From NCBI GenBank assembly GCA_000004985.1, contig GG738897.1: a stretch of 64,000 nucleotides of DNA; one strand, written 5' to 3'. Below are positions 54,261-64,000 of the stretch, piece by piece. The notes below the pieces were generated by a model, which saw only the letters and a program-made list of their open reading frames with translations, had not been told where the DNA came from and searched no databases. The stretch's first letter is position 1. Each line of letters starts with the position of its first letter. The translations under genes were made by a program, and so were the position numbers. This DNA is from Naegleria gruberi. Taxonomy: Eukaryota.

Positions 54261-56120
54261 ATGTCATTCAAAACAACAACAGCTTCATCATCATCGTGTT
54301 CATCATCTGATGGTGGTGTGGTATCATCATTGATGAATATGAGTGTTTTTACTTTTGGACAATATGCCATCTATACCGTGATTGGTTATATGGTTATTAA
54401 ATTTATTTATAAATTAATATTTGGAAGAAGTTACATGTGGAAGCAAGTTAAACCATTCGATACTAAGAAACGTCTTTCAACACCACTTCAAGAATGGGTT
54501 GCTACAACAAGAAAGAATCCACAAGGAAGACAAATGATTCCTTGTACTAATCCAGGAACAGGTGAAGAATTATGTGATCCTGTACCAGCAATGAATACTC
54601 AAGATGTTGAAGAAAGAATTTCCTCTGCTAAGAAGGCTTTTGAAGGTTGGTCCAAGACATCATTTGAGGATAGAAAGAGAGTACTCTTGCATTTGTTGGA
54701 CAATATCTTGAAACACAAACATGAAATTGTTGCCAAGAGTTGTAAAGATACTGGTAAGACAATGTTTGAAGCTCATTTGGGTGAAGTTGTCATGACTTGT
54801 GAAAAGATTAGATGGTTAACTACTAGAGGTGAACAATTCCTTTCACCTGAAACTAGACATGTTCCATTAATGATGATTTACAAAGTTGCCACAGTTCAAT
54901 ATTTACCATTGGGTGTTATTGGTATGATTGTTCCATGGAATTATCCTTTCCAAAATGCTATCAATGCTATTATTGCTGCTCTATTTGCTGGTAACTCTGT
55001 TGTTATTAAGGTTAGTGAATGGGCTACTTGGTCAAGTGTTGAATTATATGAACATTTAGTTCAAGATGCTTTAATTAAGGCTGGTTTCTCTCCAGATACT
55101 GTTCAATTCATTGTTGGTTTTGGTGAAGCTGGTAATGCTCTTGCTAAATCAAAGAATACTAGTCACGTTTTCTTTATTGGTTCTCCTGAAATCGGAAAGA
55201 AGGTCATGATGGCTGCCACTGAAAATTTGACACCTGTTACATTGGAATTGGGAGGCAAGGATCCATTCATTGTTTGTGAAGATGCTAACGTTGATATTGC
55301 TGTTGATGTTGCTATTAGAGCTTCTCTTTACAATTGTGGCCAAAATTGTATTGCTGCTGAAAGATTGTACGTTCATGAAAAGATTCATGACAAGTTTGTT
55401 GCTAAGGCAGTTGAACTTATGAAATCACTCAGACAAAGACCAACCTGTACTAAGGATTGTGCTCTTGAACCAGAAGAAATTAACGATATTGGTGCCATGA
55501 CCATGTCAACATCTATTGAAAAGATTGAAAAAGTCATTCAAGATGCTGTTAAGGGAGGTGCTAAGCTCGTTCTTGGTGGTAAGAGAAATCCAAATTTGAA
55601 GGGTCAATTCTTGGAACCAACTCTCCTCACTGAAGTTAAGAATGATATGAATGTTGTTCAAGATGAAGTTTTTGGACCAGTTGTCACTATTGTCAAGTGG
55701 AAGGATGAAGAAGAAGTCATTGGAATGGCTAATAGTACTTGTTATGCTCTTGGTTCATATGTATTTGCTGGTGATCAAAAGCGTGCTGAAAGAATTGGTA
55801 ACCGTCTCGTTGCTGGTTTGACCATGGTTAATGACTATGGTTTGAGCTACTTGATTCAAGATTTGCCATTCGGTGGTGTTAAGGTTTCTGGTTTTGGTAG
55901 ATTCAATGGTCCAGAAGGTCTCCGTGCTTTCACTATCCAAAAGAGTTTCGTTACTAACAGATTCCCAATTGATATGCCTCCACCAAAACTTATTAGATAC
56001 CCAACTGAAGGTTATGCTCATATGGTTGTTGCTCACTTGGTTGACTTCTTATATGGTCCATGGACTGGTACTGTTGGTTCTCTCTTCCGTTTAGTTGGAG
56101 CTTTAATGGGAAAGAAATAA
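54261..56120 (+). CDS. Aldehyde dehydrogenase family protein with ~100-aa N-terminal extension containing a TM helix (Msc7-like)
   Basis: ATG at 54261. TM helix VFTFGQYAIYTVIGYMVIKFIYKLIFG. ALDH motifs are ELGGKDPFIV (catalytic Glu) and NCGQNCIAAER (catalytic Cys). GxGxxG-like FIGSPEIGKKV. Single exon. Confidence 0.85.
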   Translation: MSFKTTTASSSSCSSSDGGVVSSLMNMSVFTFGQYAIYTVIGYMVIKFIYKLIFGRSYMWKQVKPFDTKKRLSTPLQEWVATTRKNPQGRQMIPCTNPGTGEELCDPVPAMNTQDVEERISSAKKAFEGWSKTSFEDRKRVLLHLLDNILKHKHEIVAKSCKDTGKTMFEAHLGEVVMTCEKIRWLTTRGEQFLSPETRHVPLMMIYKVATVQYLPLGVIGMIVPWNYPFQNAINAIIAALFAGNSVVIKVSEWATWSSVELYEHLVQDALIKAGFSPDTVQFIVGFGEAGNALAKSKNTSHVFFIGSPEIGKKVMMAATENLTPVTLELGGKDPFIVCEDANVDIAVDVAIRASLYNCGQNCIAAERLYVHEKIHDKFVAKAVELMKSLRQRPTCTKDCALEPEEINDIGAMTMSTSIEKIEKVIQDAVKGGAKLVLGGKRNPNLKGQFLEPTLLTEVKNDMNVVQDEVFGPVVTIVKWKDEEEVIGMANSTCYALGSYVFAGDQKRAERIGNRLVAGLTMVNDYGLSYLIQDLPFGGVKVSGFGRFNGPEGLRAFTIQKSFVTNRFPIDMPPPKLIRYPTEGYAHMVVAHLVDFLYGPWTGTVGSLFRLVGALMGKK

Positions 56121-56186
56121 ACTTGTTAATTTATTTGTATTTTAATTTGAATCTAAAGTTTTATTATGATTCAAAGAAAGATGTCA

Positions 56187-59100
56187 TTATTTTGAATTAG
56201 ATGTTGGTTGAGTTGGCAATACAATTTGAACTCCATGATCTTTCAAATATTTCAGACAGTGCTCAGCTATTGTTTGAGTTGCCTTAGAATCAACCTGATT
56301 GCAATAATCGAAAATTAATTTGACATCATCCAAGTTATCACATTTCACAGCAATCAAATAAGCTGCTTTGAATCTATTACACAACAAACAAGCTCTAACC
56401 TTCTTGGAATCGTTTCTCAATTTTGCAATAAATTTTTCTGCATTCTTTTCATCATTCATTTCCTTAATATAAAGTTTGATAATATTATTAATGATTGCAT
56501 CCCAATCTTCATCACTAATTGGAGTTCCTCTAATTTGTTTCAATAAATTTTCTATAATTGCTATTTGCTTCTTTCTCACAAGACTACACAGAGTACGAAT
56601 ATATAGCTTGACCATTGGTAAATGGAACTCAGATGCAATTCTAAATGATAAATCAAATGACTGCAACATTAAAAATTCAGTTATTTCACATTTTCCTTTA
56701 ACTGCATCAAATAGAGTAATCTTAGTGTTAGGAGTTGATGGACTCATGACATTTCCAAACTTTTTTGTGACTTCTGTTTGTAAATTGATAGTTTTGACAT
56801 ATCTTGAAATTTCATCAGGTTTTAACACTTGCTTTTGAACATCATTTTCTGTAGAACTATTTTGAAGCCCAGTCATGAAATGTTTCTTTGCACCTTCCAA
56901 GTGGGAGAGTTGTTGATTTTGATCATCAGTCTTTAAGAATAATCTAATCTTGGTCAAACCAGCTCTGATGTTATCATCCATAAAAACTTGGAAATCATAG
57001 AGCAAGTTGAGTGCTTGTTTTTGATTCAAATATTTACAAGTGGCAGTGAGATATGGATAACACTTTGTAAAGGTAGTGTCATATTGTTTGATTACATTTT
57101 GTAAGAATTTCATCAATCCATATTTAACACAATATGTTACAATTACATCCACAAAAAGAGATTGAGACATTTGTTTCTTGAAAAGATAAAGAATAGCAGC
57201 ATCTAATTTTCCATTTCTAACCAGGAATGAAATGTAAATATCACTCGAACCAAAGTGTTTGATATAGTACTGGGCCTCTCTCATTCTTTCTTCATCGAGA
57301 TGAGTGTGAAGTTGTGACTTTTCAACTTGTTCAATACTTATAGAGGCTCTTTTCTTTGATGGACTGTTACCAGGTGAGTCCAATACAGATTCTTTCAACT
57401 TGTCTCCCATTTTCTGATCAACTGCAACTACAGATGGAGCTCCTTCGAGAATAGCCAATATTCTATTAAGAAGTTGTTGTTTTTGCTGAGGAGTGAGAGT
57501 AAGGCAATATTTGAGTTTGTCTCGGGCTTGTTTGTACTTTCCTAAAGTTAAAAGGGTAATACCCCATTGAGTCCAAATAGGATCAGATTCGATTTGACAT
57601 CTGGTAGCAACATTCAATGCTAAATTCAAATGGTCAAGTTGAATTAGACTGTCACGAATTTGTCTGGCTCTATTTTGTTGACTTAAATCACTTAGAGAAA
57701 TACTTCCAATGGCACAATTATGATAAATAATTTGCTTTAAAATTTCCACATGAGAAAGGATAGTATCACATAAACCTAATCTTTCATGAGATTCCGTATC
57801 CTTACTGAAACAAATTTTAGCATATCTGACAATTTGACCAACCAGACTGATTCTGTTCGTTCTTGAAATATGTTGGGTTTTGCTGATTTCATCACAGAGC
57901 GTCAAGATGGAATCTCCAACCTTTCTATTATTCTTGCAAATATCCAAGATTGACTTGGCTAGCAGAATACTAGGAGCTTGAGGGAAGGAAAAATTGATTC
58001 TAATATTGTTGTTGTGCTCCTCATTATTGAGAGTGAAAACACGAGAAGAGGATTTCTTCTTTGTGGTATCTGTTTGTTCAAAATTCTTTAAGGACAATGC
58101 TTTCATACCATATTCAATCAGCAAGTCGTCGTTTTGAAGTTCTGGTAATTCGTTGAGTATTCTTGAAACTTTCAACATTTCATTATTGATAATTAAATTT
58201 TCAATTATCAGTGATGGTTTCAAAAGTAGGTGATTATACTTTTTCTTATTTTCCTCATCTAAAAGTTTTAAAACTCTCATACCCATCAAGCTAGCAGTAT
58301 ATTGTTCCAATTGATCCTTTTTGAGATGTTCCTTGTATACTGAGAGAATAAATTCACAAACAAATAGCTTATTCTCATAAATTTCCAACTTTTCCAAAAC
58401 ATGTTTGCAAACAGAAAGAGCATTTTCAGGACTGAGTCTGGATAAAGCTTGTGTCACTTTGCTTATAATCTTGTCTGTAATTGCTTTTTCTCCCAAAATA
58501 TAAAGACAATATTCTTGTTCTATGTGTATCATGACAGAATCATAGCCCTCACCAATATTCATTGGGGTGGAGGTAGAAAGAAGATTCTTGGCAGCTCTTC
58601 TAGCAAGATCAAACTCACACACTGTAATCAAATCAGAAATAAATCTGTATGGATTATGATCGCAAATTTCTTTCATCTCAGTCCATGAATCATAGTTATC
58701 TCTTAGCTCACTGCTGAGGACCTCCTTGAAAATGTGTAACCTTTCCAAAACCTTACTGGCTCTTTCGTAGATTTTTTGTTTTGTTTTATCACTTCTAAAA
58801 GTACTGCAACATGATCTGATAAGTTCAATGCAAACTTCAATATCCCATTCATCCATATAAATTTCAATTAAAGAAAATGCAAGCTCCTTATCCTTGATAT
58901 TATAAATGTACTTGTGACATTCAGAGTGGTCAGGCATATTTTCAATATAAAGTTTTAACAGAAAATCAGGTGTAAAGTGAGTAAGACCTTTCTCAGCCAT
59001 TTCCAATGCAAGATTGTAATCGTCAGCATCTATCAAGTTTTGAATGATAGCAAGATACAGTGAGTCTGCTTGATCTGACTCAAAACTTGAAATGGTATAC

Positions 59101-62100
59101 TTTTTGAGGTTTCTTGAGAGGTCAAGTCGTTTAGATAATTGAATGGCATCTTTTACAGGTTCTAGCTTAATAGCCATCCATCTATTCATCACTTCACTAT
59201 TCTGGCATTGACTTTCTATAAACTCTAGGAACTGTGGATTCATCTTGGAGTAATCAGCAAAGTATAAAGAGGACAAAGCTCCCACTAACGAAGATTTTTG
59301 AGATATTATCTTTGCTAAATCTAGTGAAATACTCAAATCATTCGATTTTGATATTTTAGATTGTGAAGCTGACTCTAAGATAAATGATAAAATGTGAATA
59401 CCATTGAGATCAGCTAACTTTGACGCCTTTTCATCTAGAAAAAATTAATAATCATTGGTAAAATAGTCAAATTACGTACAATTTCCTTCTTCAAAGAGAG
59501 TTTCTGATAAAATTTGGGCTAATCCTCTCTTAAATAATGTAAATACTGATGTATTACTCTTCTCATTCAAAATTTCCTTGTTTTTCAAAAGGTTTGATAA
59601 GAGTTGTGAAATATAATCATATCTTTCGTTTCCATGTCTTAACTCTTCTATCAGTTCTGAAATATCCTTACTTTCGAATCCTCTGTTATCATAAATACAT
59701 AAATCTTTTAGAGAGGTTGATTTTGTTTTTTCTACCTCTATGTACTTTCTCAAAATTTCGATATTATCCTCACGATTGTAATTGAATAGTTTGGAATATA
59801 CTCTGAATATTGGTCCTTGATATGGTGAATCCAAATACATTGCAAACAAATCAAGTAGAGGAATACCAGGTTTGAGCTCTTTGATTTTTTCTATGAGTAC
59901 GCCATGTAGTTCCTTGTTTTCAGTCTTTAAAGAAAAGAGCACATCAAAAAGTGTTATAAAATTAGGGAATTTTTGAATAATCTCACCAACACTCTTATCC
60001 TTATGTTCATTATGAATGGTATACATTATTTCAGCATCTATTACTTGATTCTTGAATGATTCACCAAGATTAAATCTTGTAATGACTTCCTTTGCCTGAG
60101 AGAAAAGATTTCTCTTAATGCAAATAACAAAAAGTGTGTTAGGGGAAGCGGTCCACATTTGCACAAATTGGTGTTGCTTGTAGGAACTATTGAGAGAATT
60201 TCTATCAAACTCGGAAATCATTCTTGTCAAACTAAATCTCCACAATGCTTCATCGAGTATTTTGACGAATCTTTCGATTCTAAAAACCATTCTCTCATCT
60301 TTACTCGACTGTTGTAATAGTTCTGTGGCTGTCTTTAAGAAAACCAGCATATCATGTAAATTATTTGGTGAAATGACAAATACAGAATTATTGTCTGTAT
60401 GACCCTTGATATGTGATGATTTTGTTAAAATAATTTGGAAAATATTCTCCAAAGTACTGAGCCTGTAGGATTCACTTGATATATTTACAATGCTGTCTTC
60501 AATGCTCTTCAAGGAGTCTAGAATGGATGTTGATTTGTTTCTTACTATTTGTATTGCTTCGTGAATAGCAAAATAAGCTCTCAACAAAGTCAAATCGATA
60601 TTTCTCTCATTTTCTGTCGTTTCACGCAGCTGAGGTCTTTTCTTTAAAAGAGAAACCAAATCATTTTCTTTCAAATTACCCAGCCATGGCAGAAGTAAAT
60701 TAAGAGTGCTTTGACTTGGAGCCAAATCTATTAATAAATTGGCAATTTCTTTCTTGTTTGTAAACTTAAAGTCATTTTCAGCCAATTTCTTCATCTTGAC
60801 CGACTTGATAAGATCTCTACTATGTTTCTTTTCAATAGTATTCATAGATCTATTGGCCTCTAAAAGAAGTTCAGATGCATCCAAAGAAAAGTCCAAAAAG
60901 AATGCAAGTTCATTACATGTAAACTCTACCCATGGATCAGAAATTGGGGTTCTTTTTTGTTTTCCTTGAATCCAAATATTTTGGATGATATTATGTCGTT
61001 CAGTAATGTCAGACTTGTAATTATCCCAGCTTAATAAAATTATAAGAGGCCTCATGTTTGAAAAGTTTTCTTGATCCAAAAGAATATTCAGTGAGGCATA
61101 GTCTTTCTTAGCAACGAGATCCAGTGCTAAATTGAGCCCAGATTCTAAAATATGATTATTAGTAACTCGAATATATTCCATATAGTGAAACCAAAAACTT
61201 TGAGATGAAGGAGAAGCTTGTATAATATCAATTAATTTTTGTTTTGATAACAACTCCTCATCCAAAGATGTGAAAATTCTAGTTAATTTGAATTGTTCAT
61301 CACTATATTCCTTGTCTGAAATATCAGCAATAAATAATGACTCGTAAATGATATCAATTAATTGATTATTTGGTCTAGACTTTAGAGCTATAGCCTTATT
61401 TTCAATTAATTGTTTAAAAATGTTTTTCAATAAATAAATCGACTCTGAATCCATAGTAATTTGTTTAGATATGAAACGAAGCATATAGGAAGCTTTTTCA
61501 TAATCTCTATCATTACACAAATTTTCTAACTTTTCTATTAAAATACTTTTTCCATTAATAAACTCAAATGCATTCCTCTCTAAATAGAAAGCTAGAAATG
61601 GACATTTTTCATACATTTCTCCAATTAAATCCATGATAGAACTATCCATATTTTGTGAAAATGTTAACCCAGTTGATGATAATGTTGTTATTACAGTCTC
61701 TGTTGTTGACTTCTTTTTTGATAATAACCTAAATGAATAAATATATTTCATATGCCTGACAAGCTCTTTAGAAAATTTATCCGATAATTTAAAAGTATTT
61801 ACACAACAATCCAATAATGTTTCAAAAGATATTACATCAATATTATAACCTTTTAGGCTTGAATTATTGGTCAGTTGTTGTAACTCGGTATATACACAAT
61901 AACAAAACCACTTAAATCTACTAGTGACGTGAGGATTTTTGGGATCCTTCAATTCTTCAATACAGTGATTAAGAATAAACAATGTATCCGACTCTGATAC
62001 AGTTTTAAAGTAATCAATAAAAAGTGCTCTTGCCAATTCATATTCATGAGTAGCAAGAAAGTTTAGTAAACATGTTCTCATCTTGACATTTTCTTTATCA

Positions 62101-62231
62101 GAGAGGAAGGGATACAAATGATGATGTTGTTGCTCTTCCGATGATGTGATGATCGGTTGCTGATGTATCACGGAAAGATTTTTAATTTCACTCATTTTTT
62201 TGTTGTGTGATTTTTTGTCTTGAAAATCCAT
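56187..62231 (-). CDS. Giant (~2,000 aa) α-helical scaffold protein of unknown function; exons 62231..59480 and 59434..56187 joined by a 45-nt intron
   Basis: Track ORFs 59472..62237 (GTG start; first ATG at 62229-62231) and 56187..59336 (TTG start) are in different frames. The donor aatt|gtacgt at 59479 and acceptor ttttttctag at 59435 join them as …LFEEGN|Y|EKASKLADLNGIHILSFILESASQSKISKSNDLSISLDLAKI…. The sequence is uniformly helical with no catalytic motifs. Conserved-looking C-terminal blocks (LVRNGKLDAAILYLF, LYDFQVFMDDNIRAGLTKIRLF) are reminiscent of large vesicle-trafficking scaffolds such as spatacsin or spastizin, but there is no FYVE finger. Confidence 0.55.
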
Positions 62232-62326
62232 CAACACAGAGAGAAAATCTAATAGCAGTAGATGCTTGAATGTGTTATGAAGGTGTTGGAGTAATTGCTT
62301 TTGTTGAGTAATTCAATGCTCATGGT

Positions 62327-63998
62327 TTATTGATTTGAAGAATTCTGGAGCTTTTGACTATTTTGTCTGGAGAGAACGGCAGGTCTGAAATTTGAGTTGA
62401 CCACTTGATGAACCTCCTTGGTGTGGAATTTTTGTTGTTTTTCTAGAGCTTTTGCCGATATTATTAGCTGTTGTTTAGGTGCAAGTAAATTATTCGTGAG
62501 GTCCACAGCATCTATTGGATGACTTTCCTTGATGAGTGAGGAAAGAGTGTGAAGATATCTTTTCTTTACAATGGATTCCTTTTCTTGGAAGAACATTGGA
62601 TTGTAAATGGTGTTCATGAGCTTTTCTTCACTTTCTCTGACTTTAAGTTGAAAGTTTTTAAAATTCAAATAGTCAAGATTTTGTCTCATATTCACCAACT
62701 CCAATCTGTCAACGTGATCAGTATTAGTTGGAGCTCCTCTTGAAGAAAAAGGGGCCATTCTAGAAGCTCTTCTTTGTGGGCTCTTTGTTGGTAGCTCTCC
62801 TGTATTCTTAATCTTTTCCTCTAGATCCTTTGCATATGTCTCAAAGCTCAAAATATCGTTTTGCATCTTTTCAATAGCTTCTAAGTAAACATTCTCTTCA
62901 CTCATGGCAAGTTCATATTTTTCTCTAAATCCTTCCAAGTCTCTCAACTTTTGAGTAAGTTTCTTGAATTCCTCATCCTTGTCATTTGACTCGGCTAAAC
63001 TCTTTTCCAATTCATCTTTTTGCTCAAGAGTTTTTCTAAGTTTAAGTTCAATTTCTTCAAGGGTTCTTTTCAAAGACTGGTTTTCTTTTTCCACCTTCTC
63101 CATTGAAGGTCTCATGTTCTCGTAAATGGATAAGTCTTTCTTCACAGAGATTAATCTTTCCTCAAATGTGTCCTTTAGAGATTCTCTATTTTTTGGATTC
63201 ATGATCATCTCCTCACAAAAAGAGTTCAACTCCTCGCATAGACCTCCAATAAATTGATTAGGTATGTAGAACGTATCTGAATCATCTCCTATGGAAACTA
63301 ATCTTAGTACTTCCTCGTGAGGCATTCCCAAAGCAGCCACAAATAAATTAGAAGATTGTCTAAATGAAATATCAGCAAACATATGAGACGGTATATAATT
63401 AAATTCAGTTGCCTTTTCACTCATTATGCTTTGAACTCTAATCAATTGGCTTTCATGCAAATCCATGTAGTAAGTATAAACATATCCCATCTTGGTGTTC
63501 TTTGATAAAAGGGCTTCGTAATAAATTAAAGAAATAAAGAATAATTGTTCGCATAAATTATGAAACTTTTCGTTGCATACTATTTGAGGGGTTTCGGTTA
63601 ATAACTTTTGAATTATTCTACAATTTTGGTTCAAGCTTTCAAATTCTGCTTGTGAGGCAATCAAGTTTGAAGAAATCTGCTTTACAACTGGAAGTACTCT
63701 TTCTTTTTCTGGTAAAATCTTCTCAATCAAAACCTGAATTGAGGTAAACAACTCAAGTATTGTTGAAATCATCATTATCATTCCTTCTAAAATACAAGAA
63801 TATCCACTAATAATGTGAGAAATACCAACACAAATAATCAAACACATACCTATTCTGCCTGCTGATCGAATCTATCTCCTGTACAAGGTTTGTCAAAATA
63901 AACGAAATTGTCACAGTATTTTCATTGGAAAAATCTTCTGTTAAATCATCTCTTTTGAGAACCTCTAAAAATCTATCCGCTACGTTATCTAGTTCCAT
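62327..63998 (-). CDS. Coiled-coil protein (N-terminal globular region, central coiled coil, basic C-terminus); exons 63998..63850 and 63806..62327; may extend beyond the window end
   Basis: Exon 1 ORF 63807..63998 (MELDNVADRFLEVLKR…SISRQN) ends ag|gtatgt. The acceptor cattattag joins to SGYSCILEGMIMM… of ORF 62327..63847, whose listed start is a non-ATG. The central region has strong heptad character (EKVEKENQSLKRTLEEIELKLRKTLEQKDELEKSLAE…). Confidence 0.55.
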
Positions 63999-64000
63999 CA

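Noticed and set aside
59337-59471. Treating 56187..59336 and 59472..62237 as two separate genes
   Set aside because: Both ORFs begin at non-ATG codons. The upstream ORF's stop overlaps a GTACGT donor, and a strong pyrimidine-rich acceptor 45 nt away restores the frame of the downstream ORF. The 3' ORF has no plausible ATG start of its own near its 5' end.
1-64000. CRISPR arrays, restriction-modification, toxin-antitoxin or other prokaryotic defence or secretion systems
   Set aside because: The window is eukaryotic. It has spliceosomal GT-AG introns, 5S rRNA with a Pol III terminator, an intron-containing tRNA-Tyr, and eukaryote-specific genes (transportin, Dcp1, reticulon, BCS1, HSBP1). No direct-repeat/spacer arrays or operon-like prokaryotic gene sets are present.

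Overview
This is a compact, AT-rich (~33% GC) eukaryotic nuclear window, not a prokaryotic one. I support about 36 protein-coding genes, one intron-containing tRNA-Tyr and one dispersed 5S rRNA gene. Introns are GT-AG and very short (41–163 nt). Mean gene density is about one gene per 1.8 kb, the clear exception being a ~2 kb ORF-free island at 45.2–47.3 kb.

Taxon, by inference only: a gene-dense protist or early-diverging fungus. A dictyostelid-like amoebozoan with ~33% GC fits best. Supporting features are Ser/Thr/Gln/Asn-rich low-complexity tails, a PAH gene, RGS/7TM signalling genes, many F-box/LRR genes and short AT-rich introns. I could not prove this.

The six-frame ORF track has two systematic problems. 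It translates non-ATG (TTG/GTG) starts as M, so several listed starts are artefacts. It also splits most multi-exon genes. I re-derived exon junctions by hand. My coordinates may be off by 1–2 nt in places, because my position counts disagreed with the track by one at three sites.

Recognisable products: GT4 glycosyltransferase (partial), STE-like Ser/Thr kinase, ARM-repeat protein, ethanolamine-phosphate cytidylyltransferase, HSBP1, reticulon, transportin-1, BCS1 AAA-ATPase, START-domain protein, DeSI/PPPDE peptidase, RCC1-like protein, AADAC/HSL-type lipase, membrane-anchored SDR, EF-hand protein, Dcp1, Msc7-like aldehyde dehydrogenase, and an aromatic-amino-acid hydroxylase (PAH-like, with ACT domain).

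Most notable observations:
- A 2.9-kb gene encodes an unusual fusion of zinc finger, coiled-coil, KCTD-type BTB, pentapeptide-repeat and RGS domains. It is transcribed head-to-head, across a 650-bp shared promoter, with a cysteine-rich-ectodomain 7TM receptor. Together they look like a candidate receptor/RGS signalling module.
- Three F-box/LRR paralogues are clustered at 37.3–43.2 kb.
- A giant ~2,000-aa helical scaffold gene is joined across a 45-nt intron.
- A stand-alone 5S rRNA has a Pol III T-run terminator.
- An RPEL-motif protein is present.

No CRISPR arrays, prokaryotic defence operons or intact transposons were seen.
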